A stretch of 64,000 bases of DNA, from assembly GCA_963782055.1 (NCBI GenBank), contig CAWAIF010000003.1:1408001-1472000 (forward strand), read 5' to 3'. Positions 45,788-56,152 of this stretch are shown one piece after another (the first letter of the stretch is position 1; each line of letters opens with the position of its first letter). Position numbers and translations under genes: made by a program. The notes below the pieces were generated by a model, which ran no database searches, was not told the origin of the DNA, and worked only from the letters and a program-made list of their open reading frames with translations. The DNA comes from an uncultured delta proteobacterium. GTDB taxonomy: Bacteria > Myxococcota_A > Polyangia > Polyangiales > Polyangiaceae.

Positions 45788-46840
45788 ATGGGTCTGCTCG
45801 ATACGATCAAGTCGATGTTGGGTATGGGCGGCGCGGCGTCGGCAGCGGCGCAGGCGGCGCAGCAGGCCGTGGCGCCCGGACAGCCGGCGCAGGCCGCGCA
45901 GGCCGCGCAGGCCGCCCCCCCGCCGAGCGCGCCGGAGGACGATTCGAGCGACGACGACGACGACGCGGGCTTCAAGCGCGACTACGACCTGGAGGCCAAG
46001 GACGACCACGCCAGCTTCGACCTGCAGGGCGACCTGGAGGGCTGGTACGTCGCCGAGTTCCGCATCGAGCAGGCCTGGGAGGACGACGCCGGGCGCACCG
46101 CGATCTTCGCCGAGTACGGCATCCGCGATCAGCCGCACTACTACCAGGTGAAGGCGACGGTCGACCGCTACGTCCAGAGCCCGGCCGCGCAGGCCAAGTA
46201 CGGCGGCATGGGCGAGATCATGCACGTCAAGATGGCCGCCACGCAGAAGCACATGATGGCGGGCATGCAGGCGCAGATGCAGACCGGCGCGCTCAAGGGC
46301 GAGGTGGAGCCGGTGGAGGGCGTCACCCTCGACCAGTGGGCGGAGGCGCAGGCGCGCGTCGCCGGTGGGCAGAACGTGGACGACATCATCAAGGGCATCG
46401 GCTGCGACCGCGCCAAGTGGGACCGCGTGAGCGCCGAGTGGAACGCGCGCATGTCGCGCGACACCACCGCCACCATCGCCATGGCCTACGGCAACGCCTT
46501 CCAGAAGGCGCAGGCCAAGCCGGGCGTCTCCACCAGCAAGTACGCCAGCCTCGCGGCCAACCCGGGGAAGGGCGACCTGCCGATGCCGCTCGAGCAGTAC
46601 ATCGAGATCATGGAGGCGCAGAGCGCAGGCGCGACGCAGGGCAAGGACGCGAGCGCCATCCTCAAGTCCTTCGGCCTCTCGGTGCTCGACTGGTCCAACC
46701 TGGGCGGCTGGTTCTCCACCTACTTCAGCGAGAACGCGATGAAGAACGACGGCAAGCTCCACAAGGAGTGGACCGCCCTGCAGGAGAAGTACAAGGCGAA
46801 GTACGCGCAGGCCTCCGCCGACAGCGACATCTCCTTCTGA
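45788..46840 (+). CDS. Helical repeat protein (DUF6620-like by recollection)
   Basis: RBS GGAGG; amphipathic MGLLDTIKSMLG; PVEGVTLDQWA...KWDRVSAEWNARM and a related second unit. Confidence 0.8.
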   Translation: MGLLDTIKSMLGMGGAASAAAQAAQQAVAPGQPAQAAQAAQAAPPPSAPEDDSSDDDDDAGFKRDYDLEAKDDHASFDLQGDLEGWYVAEFRIEQAWEDDAGRTAIFAEYGIRDQPHYYQVKATVDRYVQSPAAQAKYGGMGEIMHVKMAATQKHMMAGMQAQMQTGALKGEVEPVEGVTLDQWAEAQARVAGGQNVDDIIKGIGCDRAKWDRVSAEWNARMSRDTTATIAMAYGNAFQKAQAKPGVSTSKYASLAANPGKGDLPMPLEQYIEIMEAQSAGATQGKDASAILKSFGLSVLDWSNLGGWFSTYFSENAMKNDGKLHKEWTALQEKYKAKYAQASADSDISF

Positions 46841-46849
46841 CGGTCCGCC

Positions 46850-47407
46850 GTGAGCGGGGAGGCGCACGAAGAACTGCTCGGGCTCGAACGCTGGCTGGAC
46901 CAGTGGGAGGCCCACGTGCGCACGCGCGCCCGCGGCTGCGCGCGCGGGGGTGACGCGACCTGGGACGAGGTGCTCGCCTCGCTCGGCGTCGCGCCGCTCC
47001 CCGCCGCGGAGCGCGAGGCGCACCTGCGCGACGGCCCCAAGCAGCGGGCCGGCGCGCTGCCCATCGAGGTGCGCTGGGTCGCCCAGAAGCTCCACGACCA
47101 GGCGCACGCGCGGTGCCGCGAGCTGGACCTGAAGATCACCGGCGGCGACGAGGTGGTGGATCGCATCGAGCGCAGGCTCGCCGACTTCGTCGACGAGACG
47201 GTGCGCGGGCACCTGCAGGCGCTGGTGCCGCCGACGACGACGTCGAGCATCTTCGCCAACGCGCTCGCCTCCACGCCCGACTACAACGCGATGTCCGGCG
47301 GCGGCGGCGCGATGACCCTGACGCGCAAGTGCACCGTGTGCGGGGCGCCGCAGAAGAAGGACGAGGCGAGCGCCGTCTGCGTCTACTGCGGCGGCGGCCT
47401 GAAGTAA
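46850..47407 (+). CDS. Hypothetical protein with C-terminal zinc ribbon
   Basis: CTVCGAP...CVYCG at the C-terminus; 9-nt gap to the upstream gene. Confidence 0.8.
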   Translation: MSGEAHEELLGLERWLDQWEAHVRTRARGCARGGDATWDEVLASLGVAPLPAAEREAHLRDGPKQRAGALPIEVRWVAQKLHDQAHARCRELDLKITGGDEVVDRIERRLADFVDETVRGHLQALVPPTTTSSIFANALASTPDYNAMSGGGGAMTLTRKCTVCGAPQKKDEASAVCVYCGGGLK

Positions 47408-47424
47408 CCGAGGAGGAGACGATC

Positions 47425-48222
47425 ATGAGCGACGCGGTGGTGGCCCGGTGGGACGGTTTCCTCGCGCAGATCAAGCAGCGCTTCGACCAGGTGATGGTCG
47501 AGGCCCACCAGGGCTGCATGGGCCTGCTCCACCAGACGGACTTCAACTCGGTGGCCATGGGCAACGCCTGGAGCGCGATGGAGCGCCGCGCCAAGGAGCT
47601 GTCCACCAAGGTGGACGAGACGTGGCGCTCGGCGGTGGAGACCAAGTTCGAGGAGTCCGGCGCCTCGCAGGCGGTGGTCGAGCGCGAGCGCAAGAAGGGG
47701 GCGGACTTCCGCTTCTGGCTGGACAACGAGATCGAGCGCAACCGCATCGCCCTGTACAACGAGGCGTCGCGCGCCCTGATGGGTGAGGCGCAGCGCGCGG
47801 TGGGCGACGGCTTCAAGTGCACGCAGTGTGGCGCGGCGCTCCCGGTGAAGCTGAGCTTCCGCGCGGTGAGCGCAAAGTGCGGTCACTGCGGCGCGGTGAG
47901 CACGTGCGAGCCGGGCATGCACATGCGCATGGTGGAGGCCATGGGCGTGCACGCCATGTGCGAGCAGGCCGCGTGGGAGGAGTGGCTCGTCTGGCAGAAC
48001 GCCGAGCGCGCCTGGAAGGCCGCCCGCCCGGAGACCTACGAGAGCATCGAGCGGGTGGAGAAGGCGCTGATCGCCTACTGGACGAGGTACCTGCGGCACC
48101 GCGCGGAGCTGATGCCCGAGACGGCGGCGGCGTTCGACAAGGACCTGAGCGGGAAGCTCGCGTACTTCTACCAGGGGCTCGCGCACAACAAGGCGTGGCT
48201 GAGCGTCCGGCGCCCGGGGTGA
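47425..48222 (+). CDS. Helical protein with central zinc ribbon
   Basis: RBS GAGGAG; CTQCGAAL...CGHCGAV flanked by Trp-rich helices. Confidence 0.85.
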   Translation: MSDAVVARWDGFLAQIKQRFDQVMVEAHQGCMGLLHQTDFNSVAMGNAWSAMERRAKELSTKVDETWRSAVETKFEESGASQAVVERERKKGADFRFWLDNEIERNRIALYNEASRALMGEAQRAVGDGFKCTQCGAALPVKLSFRAVSAKCGHCGAVSTCEPGMHMRMVEAMGVHAMCEQAAWEEWLVWQNAERAWKAARPETYESIERVEKALIAYWTRYLRHRAELMPETAAAFDKDLSGKLAYFYQGLAHNKAWLSVRRPG

Positions 48223-48230
48223 GCCGCGGC

Positions 48231-48250
48231 GGGGCGGCGCGTGCCGCCCC
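48231..48250. terminator. GC-rich hairpin between convergent genes
   Basis: GGGGCGGC-gcgt-GCCGCCCC; no U-tract. Confidence 0.35.
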
Positions 48251-48255
48251 CGAGA

Positions 48256-49533
48256 TCAGTCGTCGTCGTACGCGTCGTCGTCCGGGTCGTCCTCCGCCAC
48301 CGGCGGCGCGGGGCTCGCCGGGCCGGGCGACGTCATCTGCTCCCGCAGGACGCGCAGCTGCGCGCGCAGGTGCGCCCCCATCTCCCCGGCCTTGCGCTCG
48401 GCAATCCAGCGCACCATGGCCGAGACGTAGAGCTCCTTCAGGTAGGCGAAGGAGAACCCCCCGGTGTCCTCCACCAGCTCCCCGATCGCCTTCGCGTCGA
48501 CGCGCATGGCCGCGTCCACCCGCTCGTTCCACATCCGCAGGTAGCGCTCGCGCTCCGGGGCGGCGGGCAGCTCGAAGTGGTACTTGCGGTCGAAGCGGCT
48601 CGGGCGGTCGAGGATCGCGGGGTCGAGGCGGTCGGCGTGGTTGGTCGTCGCCAGCGTGACCAGGCCGGGCGCGCTGGAGAGGCCGTCCAGCTTGTTCAGG
48701 AAGAAGGAGCGGTTCTTGTCGTGGATCATCGCGTCGAGGTCCTCGAACACCAGGACGCAGGGCGTGATCTCCCGCGCGCGCTCGAAGACGCGGTCGATGC
48801 AGGCGTCCTCCGAGTCGTAGCGCGACTTGAGGCTGGTGACGTAGATGCAGGGGAGGGCGAGCCGCTTGATGAGCGCCCGCAGGCAGTGGGTCTTGCCGTT
48901 GCCGGGCGGGCCGAGCAGCAGCACGCCGCGCTTGTACGGGACGCCGTACTGCTCGTACTCCGGGCGCGCGGCGAGGAAGGCCTCGAAGTCCTCGATGACG
49001 CGCTCCTTCAGGTCGCCGGCGAGGACCAGGTCGTCGAAGGAGGCGCGCGCGATCTCCCGGTAGAGCCTGTGGTCGTGGGTGAAGCAGCCGCCGGAGAAGC
49101 GCAGCACGGCCTCCCGCGGTTCGTTGCAGAATGCACATACCTTGTCGGCGAAATCGCGCGCCACCTCCTCGCTCTCGGCGACGACGAGGCTGTAGGACTG
49201 CTGGTCGTAGCCGGCGCGCCACGACGCGACGACCACGTGCAGCGCGTGCCCCTGCCACGCCACGTCGTAGACCGCGTTCACCGCGGACGTCTGCAGGCCA
49301 TGGCCCCGCCGCCACCCGGTCGTCAGCTGCGCGTGCTGGTCGCGGGCGAGGGCAATCGTCGCTTGCCCTGACTCGTCGGCGTAGTCCTCGACGTCGAAGG
49401 GGCTGCCGACGCCGTCCAGGACGAACTTGCCCGGGTACAGCTCCCCGACGAGGCGCCCGAGACGCCAGCCGATCCCCGCGGCGGGGTCGAAGGCGGCGTC
49501 GAAGACCTGCGGCCCGGAGAGGGTGTCGTCCAT
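48256..49533 (-). CDS. Single-domain classical-clade AAA ATPase
   Basis: KRGVLLLGPPGNGKT, LVFEDLD, ATTN, LDPAILDRPSRFDRK. Confidence 0.93.
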   Translation of the reverse strand: MDDTLSGPQVFDAAFDPAAGIGWRLGRLVGELYPGKFVLDGVGSPFDVEDYADESGQATIALARDQHAQLTTGWRRGHGLQTSAVNAVYDVAWQGHALHVVVASWRAGYDQQSYSLVVAESEEVARDFADKVCAFCNEPREAVLRFSGGCFTHDHRLYREIARASFDDLVLAGDLKERVIEDFEAFLAARPEYEQYGVPYKRGVLLLGPPGNGKTHCLRALIKRLALPCIYVTSLKSRYDSEDACIDRVFERAREITPCVLVFEDLDAMIHDKNRSFFLNKLDGLSSAPGLVTLATTNHADRLDPAILDRPSRFDRKYHFELPAAPERERYLRMWNERVDAAMRVDAKAIGELVEDTGGFSFAYLKELYVSAMVRWIAERKAGEMGAHLRAQLRVLREQMTSPGPASPAPPVAEDDPDDDAYDDD

Positions 49534-49633
49534 GGGCTCAGCGTACTACGAAGTAGCGCGCGCGGGGGTTGACGCGCAGAGGTCGCCGCAACTGACGGCT
49601 TCCGTTTTGGCCGCGAGATCGCCCGGTCTCCGT

Positions 49634-52600
49634 TCAGGCCGAGAGCCCGCTCGCCGCGGCCCACGCGATGGTCTGCGCGTGCTCCCACGGCCGTTGCAGG
49701 AAGCGCTCGCGCCACGCCGGGTCGGAGAGGCCGTCCGCCTGCGCGATGAGCCGGGCGTACGCGTCGGCGAGCGCCGCGCGCGCGGCCTCGAAGCGCCCCG
49801 CGGCCTGGAGGGCCCGCGTGTGCACCAGCCGCACCAGCGTGGACCCGGAGGCGCCCTCGCCCGCGGCCTCCAGCGCCGCCATGGCCTCCGTGGACTGCTC
49901 CAGCGCCTCCATGGGCTGGTTGGCCTTGAGCAGCACGTACGCGAGCGTCGCGCGGATCTGGCCGTGCTCGCGCTTGGCCGCGTGGGTCAGCTCGCTCGCG
50001 AGGCGCGCCTCGGAGAGCGCGCGGTCCACGTCGCCTCGACGCAGCAGCGCCATGGCGAGCTGGGCACGTGCGGCGCCCTCCATGCGGCGATCGCCCTGCG
50101 CCATGAACTCGCCCGCGGCGAGCTCGCCCATCGTCACCGCCTCGTCCCAGCGGCCCAGGCGCTCCAGCGCGGCGGTGAGGTCGACGCGGATGGTGGCGGC
50201 CACGAGGTTGAGGTGCATGCGCTCGGCGACGGGCAGCCAGGCGCGGAGCTGCGCCTCGGCGCCCTCGTAGTCGCCCACCACCAGCCGCGCGTACGCCGCG
50301 TTCGCGCGGGCGAGCGCCGCGGCGCGCAGGTTGCCCACCGTCTGGTAGGCGCTCGCGGCGAGGTCGAAGTGCTCGACCTGACCGCGCGGGTCCCCGGAGC
50401 CGTCGGCGAAGAAGGCCTCGAAGGAGTGCAGGATGCCGCGCGCCTGCCCGTCGCGGGTGTCGACCGGCGCCGCCGCCAGCCGCGCGCGGAGCTCGGTGGC
50501 GTCCTGCAGCCGGCCGGCGAAGAGGATATTGATCCCGACGGTCGCGGCCATCACCACCTTGGCGTGCGTCACCGGCTCCTCGGCGAGCGCCGCCATCGCC
50601 TCGAGCATCCTCTGGTCGGCCTGCCGCACGTGTCCGAGCTTGAAGCTCGCCGACGCCGCCGCGGTGAGCGCCACGGCCCACTCGTCGGAGCCGCGCGGGC
50701 TCAGGCGCAGCGCCTCGCTCGCGGCGCGCTCCACCCCGCCGTTATCGCCGGCCCATCGCTTCGCCTCGGCGATGGTGATCCAGAGCGGGAGCAGCGTCGC
50801 GTCGGGCGGGTGGCACGCCACACCCCGCTCCGCCAGGGCGATGGCGCCCTCGAAGTCGTTGCCCTCGAGCATCTGCCGCGCGGCGCGGCGGTAGCAGTCG
50901 GCCGCGCGCTTCGTCTCGCCGGCGCGCTCGAAGTGCGCCGCGAGGACGCCCGGGTCCAGCTCCCCCATCGCCTCCAGCCACGACGCCGCGACGCCGTGCG
51001 CGGCGCGTCGCTCGTCCTCCGGTAGCATGGCGTACGCGGCGTCGCGCATCAGCGCGTGGCGGAAGGTGAGCTCGCGCTCGTCGGTGAAGCGCGCGGGCGT
51101 CACCGCCGAGAGCACGTCCAGGAGGTCCAGCGCCGCGAGCCAGTGCTCCACCGCGCCGGCGTCCATGTCCCCGAGGAGCGCGGAGAGGCCTCCGACCCAG
51201 AAGGTCTGCCCGAAGACGCTCGCCGCGCGCAGCACGCGCCGGGCGTCGGGGGGGAAGCGGTCCAGGCGGGACTCCACCACGGCCAGGACGGTCTCGGGCA
51301 GGGCGCCGCCGCGGCCCTCGCCCACGGTGCGCACGAGCTCCTCCAGGAAGAAGGGGTTGCCGTTGGCGAGCGCCAGCACGCGCTCCATCGTGCTCGCGTC
51401 GAGGACGCCGCCGGTCAGCGCGTTCACCAGCCGCTCCGCGCTCTTGCGCGGCAGGTCCTCCAGCTTCATCTCCTGCACCCGCCGGCCGGCGAAGAGGTCG
51501 GGCCAGCTCGTCTTGACGGACGGCCTGCCCAGCCCGAGCACCATCAGCGGCGCGTCGGCGGCGCGTGCCAGCGCCGCGTCGACGAGTCGCAGCGAGGCGG
51601 CGTCACTCCAGTGCAGATCCTCCAGCAGCAGGAGGAGCGGCGCCCGCGCGCACTCCGCCATGATCCAGTCCTCCCAGGCCCGGCGGATCTGGTCGGCCAT
51701 GAGCACCCGCTCGCGGCGCGCGGCGGCGAGCTCGTCGTTGTGCGCGTCGTCGAACGGGGCGCCGGCGACCTCGGCGACGAAGCACAGCACGCGCTCGAGG
51801 TCCGCGGGGGGCAGCACCAGCGAGAGGCGCGCGCGGAGCTTCTGCTGGCGCTCCGGTAGCGGGTCGTCGTCGTGGGCCCCCGCGACGCGCCGGATGGCCT
51901 GACCGAGCATGGAGAAGGGGGCCTGCGATCCCATGGGGTCGGCGCGCGTCGTCCAGACGGCCGCCTCCGCCGCCGGCGTGGCGCGGAGCCGCTGCTGCCA
52001 CTCCTTGGCGAGGCGCGTCTTGCCCGTGCCTGCGTCCGCGACGACCAGCATCGCGCGCGCCACGTGATCGTTTCGCACCTGCTCGAAGGTGGCGTCCAGG
52101 ACGGCGAGCTCGCGGTCGCGTCCCACGCACGGCGCCTGCGCCCGGCGCATGGACCGCCAGTCGTGCGCGGACGACTCGTCCTCCCCGATGAGCTCCAGGC
52201 CCAGGGCGCCGTCGTGCACGGTGAAGCGCGAGTCGAGCAGCCCCGCGGTGACCGGGTCGATGCGCACGAACGGCGCCCCGCCGCGCGCGGAGCGCGGGCC
52301 GTCGCGGAGCAGCTCGGCGGCGCGGTCGATCGCCGCGGTGACCATCTCGTCGGAGGTGGTGTCGCTGCGCACCGTCGCGACGGTGACGAGCACGCCGGGC
52401 ATGCGCGAGCGGAGCGCCAGCGCGCAGCGGGCGGCGGTGAGGGCGCGCATCGTGGCGCCGGCCGACTCGACGAACTTCACCGCCATCGTCCCGTTGGCGA
52501 GCGCCTCGGGGACGCCGCCGAAGCGACGCCCGAGGTCCACCGCGTCCTCCGGGACGCCGCCGGCGCGCTGTCCTACGAAGACCACCGAGCACAGGCGCGC

Positions 52601-53494
52601 CTCGCGTGCGCTCACACGCGGCGTGGACGCGTGCGAGGAGCCGTAGCTCGGCTGATCGGTCCCGACCGATGGGCGCAGGGCGCGCAGGGCGTCGGCGGCG
52701 GCGGTGGCGGAGGGGAACCGGTCCTCGCGCTCCTTCGCCATCATCCGGGCGATGAGGGCGTCCAGCGCGGGGTGGACGTCCTTGCGCTCCTCGCGAACGT
52801 GCGGCGTCTCCTGGAAGAGGATCTTCGCCAGCACCGCCACCATGTCCGACCCGCGGAAGGGTGCATGGCCGGTCAGGCACGCGAAGAGCACGCACCCGAG
52901 GGAGAACAGGTCGGAGCGGGCGTCCACGTCGGGGGAGGCGCGCGCCTGCTCCGGCGATACGTAGCCGGGCGTGCCCACCAGCATCCCCGGCTGCGTGAGC
53001 GCGACCGTGGCGTCCATCGCCCTGGCGATGCCGAAGTCCAGGAGCATGACCGCCGACGGCGCGGCGCCGTTCGGGATCATCAGGTTGCTCGGCTTGAGAT
53101 CGCGGTGCACGACGTCCTTCGCGTGCGCCTCGGCGAGCGCGGTCGCCACCGCCACGCCGATGTCCACCGTCGCCTCTCCACCCAGCGGCCCGCGCGCCTT
53201 GAGCCGAGCGCTGAGCGTCTCGCCGTCGACCCACCGCATGGCGAGGAAGGGCGCGCCGCCCTCCGTCACGCCGTGCGCCACGTACCCCACGATGCCGGGG
53301 TGCTTGAGGCGCGCCAGCACACGGGCCTCCCGGGCGAAGCGATCCTCGCCATCCTCCAGCGTGCCCTGGAGCACCTTCAGGGCCACCGTCCCGCCCGTCG
53401 TGCCGTCCACGGCCCGGAAGACCTCGGCCATCCCGCCGGAGCCGGCGAGGCCCTCGATCGTGAAGCGATCTCCGACGATGTCCCCTGGCTGCAT
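49634..53494 (-). CDS. Ser/Thr kinase - degenerate class III cyclase - STAND (AAA_16) ATPase - TPR protein
   Basis: HRDLKPSN/DFG; VGRDREL, DAGTGKTRL, LLLEDLHWSD, GNPFFLEEL, FRHALMRDAAY; helical repeats. Confidence 0.92.
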   Translation of the reverse strand: MQPGDIVGDRFTIEGLAGSGGMAEVFRAVDGTTGGTVALKVLQGTLEDGEDRFAREARVLARLKHPGIVGYVAHGVTEGGAPFLAMRWVDGETLSARLKARGPLGGEATVDIGVAVATALAEAHAKDVVHRDLKPSNLMIPNGAAPSAVMLLDFGIARAMDATVALTQPGMLVGTPGYVSPEQARASPDVDARSDLFSLGCVLFACLTGHAPFRGSDMVAVLAKILFQETPHVREERKDVHPALDALIARMMAKEREDRFPSATAAADALRALRPSVGTDQPSYGSSHASTPRVSAREARLCSVVFVGQRAGGVPEDAVDLGRRFGGVPEALANGTMAVKFVESAGATMRALTAARCALALRSRMPGVLVTVATVRSDTTSDEMVTAAIDRAAELLRDGPRSARGGAPFVRIDPVTAGLLDSRFTVHDGALGLELIGEDESSAHDWRSMRRAQAPCVGRDRELAVLDATFEQVRNDHVARAMLVVADAGTGKTRLAKEWQQRLRATPAAEAAVWTTRADPMGSQAPFSMLGQAIRRVAGAHDDDPLPERQQKLRARLSLVLPPADLERVLCFVAEVAGAPFDDAHNDELAAARRERVLMADQIRRAWEDWIMAECARAPLLLLLEDLHWSDAASLRLVDAALARAADAPLMVLGLGRPSVKTSWPDLFAGRRVQEMKLEDLPRKSAERLVNALTGGVLDASTMERVLALANGNPFFLEELVRTVGEGRGGALPETVLAVVESRLDRFPPDARRVLRAASVFGQTFWVGGLSALLGDMDAGAVEHWLAALDLLDVLSAVTPARFTDERELTFRHALMRDAAYAMLPEDERRAAHGVAASWLEAMGELDPGVLAAHFERAGETKRAADCYRRAARQMLEGNDFEGAIALAERGVACHPPDATLLPLWITIAEAKRWAGDNGGVERAASEALRLSPRGSDEWAVALTAAASASFKLGHVRQADQRMLEAMAALAEEPVTHAKVVMAATVGINILFAGRLQDATELRARLAAAPVDTRDGQARGILHSFEAFFADGSGDPRGQVEHFDLAASAYQTVGNLRAAALARANAAYARLVVGDYEGAEAQLRAWLPVAERMHLNLVAATIRVDLTAALERLGRWDEAVTMGELAAGEFMAQGDRRMEGAARAQLAMALLRRGDVDRALSEARLASELTHAAKREHGQIRATLAYVLLKANQPMEALEQSTEAMAALEAAGEGASGSTLVRLVHTRALQAAGRFEAARAALADAYARLIAQADGLSDPAWRERFLQRPWEHAQTIAWAAASGLSA

Positions 53495-53631
53495 GGCCCT
53501 CTGGGCGCCTGGCCCAACTCTCCACGTTACCACCGCCGGCGGAAACGGAGCTGGCTATCACGCGGGGCCTCTCGTCCGCCGCCCGACGCAGGCGCTGCTT
53601 TTGCGCGAGAGGGTCGGCTACTCTCCGGGCC

Positions 53632-54816
53632 ATGCCGAAGACGGCCGACTCCACCGAGGCGGTGCACGCGGGCGAGCGGGCCGAGAAGGCGTTCGACGCG
53701 GTGCCCGAGCCCATCGTCCAGACATCGACCTACACCTTCGCCGACACGGCGGAGGTGGTGGCGATGACCGAGGGGCGGCATCCGCGCGGCGAGCGAGACG
53801 AGTACGGCCGCTATGGCAACCCGACGTGCCGGAGCGTGGAGGCGCGCGCCGCCGCGCTGGAGGGCACCGAGGACGCCGCCCTGTTCGCGAGCGGCATGGC
53901 CGCCGTGACCACGGCGATCCTCGCGCTGGTCAAGCAGGACCAGCATGTCGTCCTCTTCGCCGACTGCTACCGCATGACGCGCGAGTTCGTGACCACGACA
54001 CTCGCCGGCTTCGGCGTCTCGTGCACGCTCGTCCCCGCCGCGGACGTGGGCGCGCTCCGGAGCGCGCTCCGGCCGGAGACGCGGCTGGTCGTGAGCGAGT
54101 CGCCGACCAACCCGTACCTGCGCTGCGTCGACCTGGAGGCGCTCGTCGCCGCGTGCAAGGGGCGCCGCGGCCTGAAGACCCTCATCGACGCGACCTTCGC
54201 CACGCCGGTGCACTGCCGGCCGGCGAGCTACGGCGTGGACCTGGTGGTCCACAGCGCGACGAAGTACCTGGGCGGGCACCACGACGTGCTCGCCGGTCTG
54301 GTGTGCGGCCCGCGGCCGCTCGTCTCCGCCATCCGTGATCTGCGCGGCACGCTCGGCAACGTCTGCGACCCGCACGCGGCGTTCCTCGTCGGTCGCGGGA
54401 TGAAGACGCTCGCGCTGCGCATGCGCCAGCACGCCGCGAGCGCCCAGGCGGTGGCGGAGTGGCTGGAGAGGCACCCGGCCGTCGAGCGCGTGCATTACCC
54501 CGGGCTCGCCTCGCACCCGGACCACGCGGTGGCCACGCGCCAGATGGCCGGCTTCGGTGGGGTGGTGAGCTTCGTGGTGCGCGGCGGTCTCCAGGCCGCC
54601 TCACGCGTCGTCGATGGCTGCCGGCTCGCGCGCATCGGTCCGAGCTTCGGTGGGCCGGAGACCCTCGTCGAGCAGCCGGCGATCATGAGCTTTTACGCGA
54701 TGACCGCCGAGGAGCGGCGCGCCGCCGGGATCGAGGACGGCCTGATCCGCCTGGCCATCGGCCTGGAGGAGACGAAGGACGTGATCGCCGACCTGGAGTC
54801 CGCGCTCCTGGCCTGA
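53632..54816 (+). CDS. metB: Cys/Met metabolism PLP enzyme (cystathionine gamma-synthase-like)
   Basis: YGRYGNPT, FASGMAA, ESPTNP, DATFAT, HSATKYLGGH, LIRLAIGLE. Exact substrate not certain. Confidence 0.85.
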   Translation: MPKTADSTEAVHAGERAEKAFDAVPEPIVQTSTYTFADTAEVVAMTEGRHPRGERDEYGRYGNPTCRSVEARAAALEGTEDAALFASGMAAVTTAILALVKQDQHVVLFADCYRMTREFVTTTLAGFGVSCTLVPAADVGALRSALRPETRLVVSESPTNPYLRCVDLEALVAACKGRRGLKTLIDATFATPVHCRPASYGVDLVVHSATKYLGGHHDVLAGLVCGPRPLVSAIRDLRGTLGNVCDPHAAFLVGRGMKTLALRMRQHAASAQAVAEWLERHPAVERVHYPGLASHPDHAVATRQMAGFGGVVSFVVRGGLQAASRVVDGCRLARIGPSFGGPETLVEQPAIMSFYAMTAEERRAAGIEDGLIRLAIGLEETKDVIADLESALLA

Positions 54817-54860
54817 CGACTCCGAACCTTGCCATGGCCCTCTGCGCTAGACTGTGCGCC

Positions 54861-56150
54861 ATGCCCTCTTCCAAGACACTCCTCGCGCTTGCCGTGACTT
54901 CGGTCCTCGTCCCGGCGTGTTCCAGCTCCGCGCCGGAGGGGCCGCCGTGCCCGCCGGGCGTCGCCTGCACCTCCTTCGGCGCGGGCGTCGACGAGCAGAC
55001 CATCCAGGACGCCTTCGCCACGGCGACGGACGGGGAGCTCTTGCTCTTCGGGGCGGGCACCTTCGAGCTGACGAACACGCTGACGGTCGCCGCGAACAAC
55101 GTGACCATCCAGGGGCAGGGGATGGACCAGACCATCCTGGACTTCAAGGGTCAGAAGGCCGGCAGCGAGGGCGTCTTCGCGCAGAGCGTCCAGAACATCA
55201 CGCTCGACAGCTTCACGGTGCGCGACACCACCGGCAACGCGGTCAAGATCCTGGGCGCCACCGGCGTCATCATCCGCAAGGTGCACGCGACGTGGACCTC
55301 CGACGACGCGGCGAGCCACGGCGGCTACGGCCTCTACCCCGTGCAGTCGAAGAACGTGCTCGTGGAGGACAGCATCGCCGACGGTGCGTCGGACTCCGGC
55401 ATCTACCTCGGGCAGTCGCAGAACGCGGTGCTGCGCCGCAACGAGGTGCACGACAACGTCGCCGGCCTGGAGGTGGAGAACACCTACGACGCCGACGTCT
55501 ACGAGAACAACGCCCACGACAACACCGGCGGCATCCTGGTCTTCGACCTGCCGGGCCTGCCGCAGCTGGGCGGCCACGGGGTGCGCGTCTATAGCAACCA
55601 GATCGTGAGCAACAACACCGACAACTTCGCCGCGCCGGGCAACACGGTGGGCCTGGTCCCGCGCGGGACGGGCTTCCTGGTCATGGCCAACAGCCAGGTG
55701 GAGGTCTACGGCAACACCTTCAAGGACAACGCCACCGGCAACAGCGCCATCCTGAGCTACTTCGTCACGCAGCAGGACATCAAGGACCCCAACTATTACC
55801 CGTACCCGAGCCAGATCTACTTCCACGACAACACCTACTCGGGCGGAGGCACGGCGCCGGACGCCAAGAAGCAGATGGGGATCCTGCTCTCCACGGCGCT
55901 GCCCAAGTTCGCGGGCAACGTGGTGCCCAACCTCATCTGGGACGGGATCGTCGACTCGGCCAAGACCGACCCGAACAACCCGATGCAGATCTGCATCCAC
56001 AACAACGGGCCGGACTCCTTCGCCGACCTGCACTTCGACAAGCTCGACACCAACGCGCCGGACCTGGGCGCCATCCTCACGACCGACTCCACCAACTACC
56101 AGTGCACGCTGCCGTCGTTGCCGCCGGTGAGCTTCCCCGGCCTGAATTGA
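54861..56150 (+). CDS. Parallel beta-helix lipoprotein (partner of SO2930-type cytochromes)
   Basis: VPAC lipobox; GYGLYPVQSKNVLVE, GASDSGIYLGQS, NVAGLEVEN, NTGGILVFDLPGL. Confidence 0.9.
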   Translation: MPSSKTLLALAVTSVLVPACSSSAPEGPPCPPGVACTSFGAGVDEQTIQDAFATATDGELLLFGAGTFELTNTLTVAANNVTIQGQGMDQTILDFKGQKAGSEGVFAQSVQNITLDSFTVRDTTGNAVKILGATGVIIRKVHATWTSDDAASHGGYGLYPVQSKNVLVEDSIADGASDSGIYLGQSQNAVLRRNEVHDNVAGLEVENTYDADVYENNAHDNTGGILVFDLPGLPQLGGHGVRVYSNQIVSNNTDNFAAPGNTVGLVPRGTGFLVMANSQVEVYGNTFKDNATGNSAILSYFVTQQDIKDPNYYPYPSQIYFHDNTYSGGGTAPDAKKQMGILLSTALPKFAGNVVPNLIWDGIVDSAKTDPNNPMQICIHNNGPDSFADLHFDKLDTNAPDLGAILTTDSTNYQCTLPSLPPVSFPGLN

Positions 56151-56152
56151 GG

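Noticed and set aside
53495..53631. SAM riboswitch upstream of the metB-like gene
   Set aside because: Short divergent gap with no recognisable riboswitch motifs.
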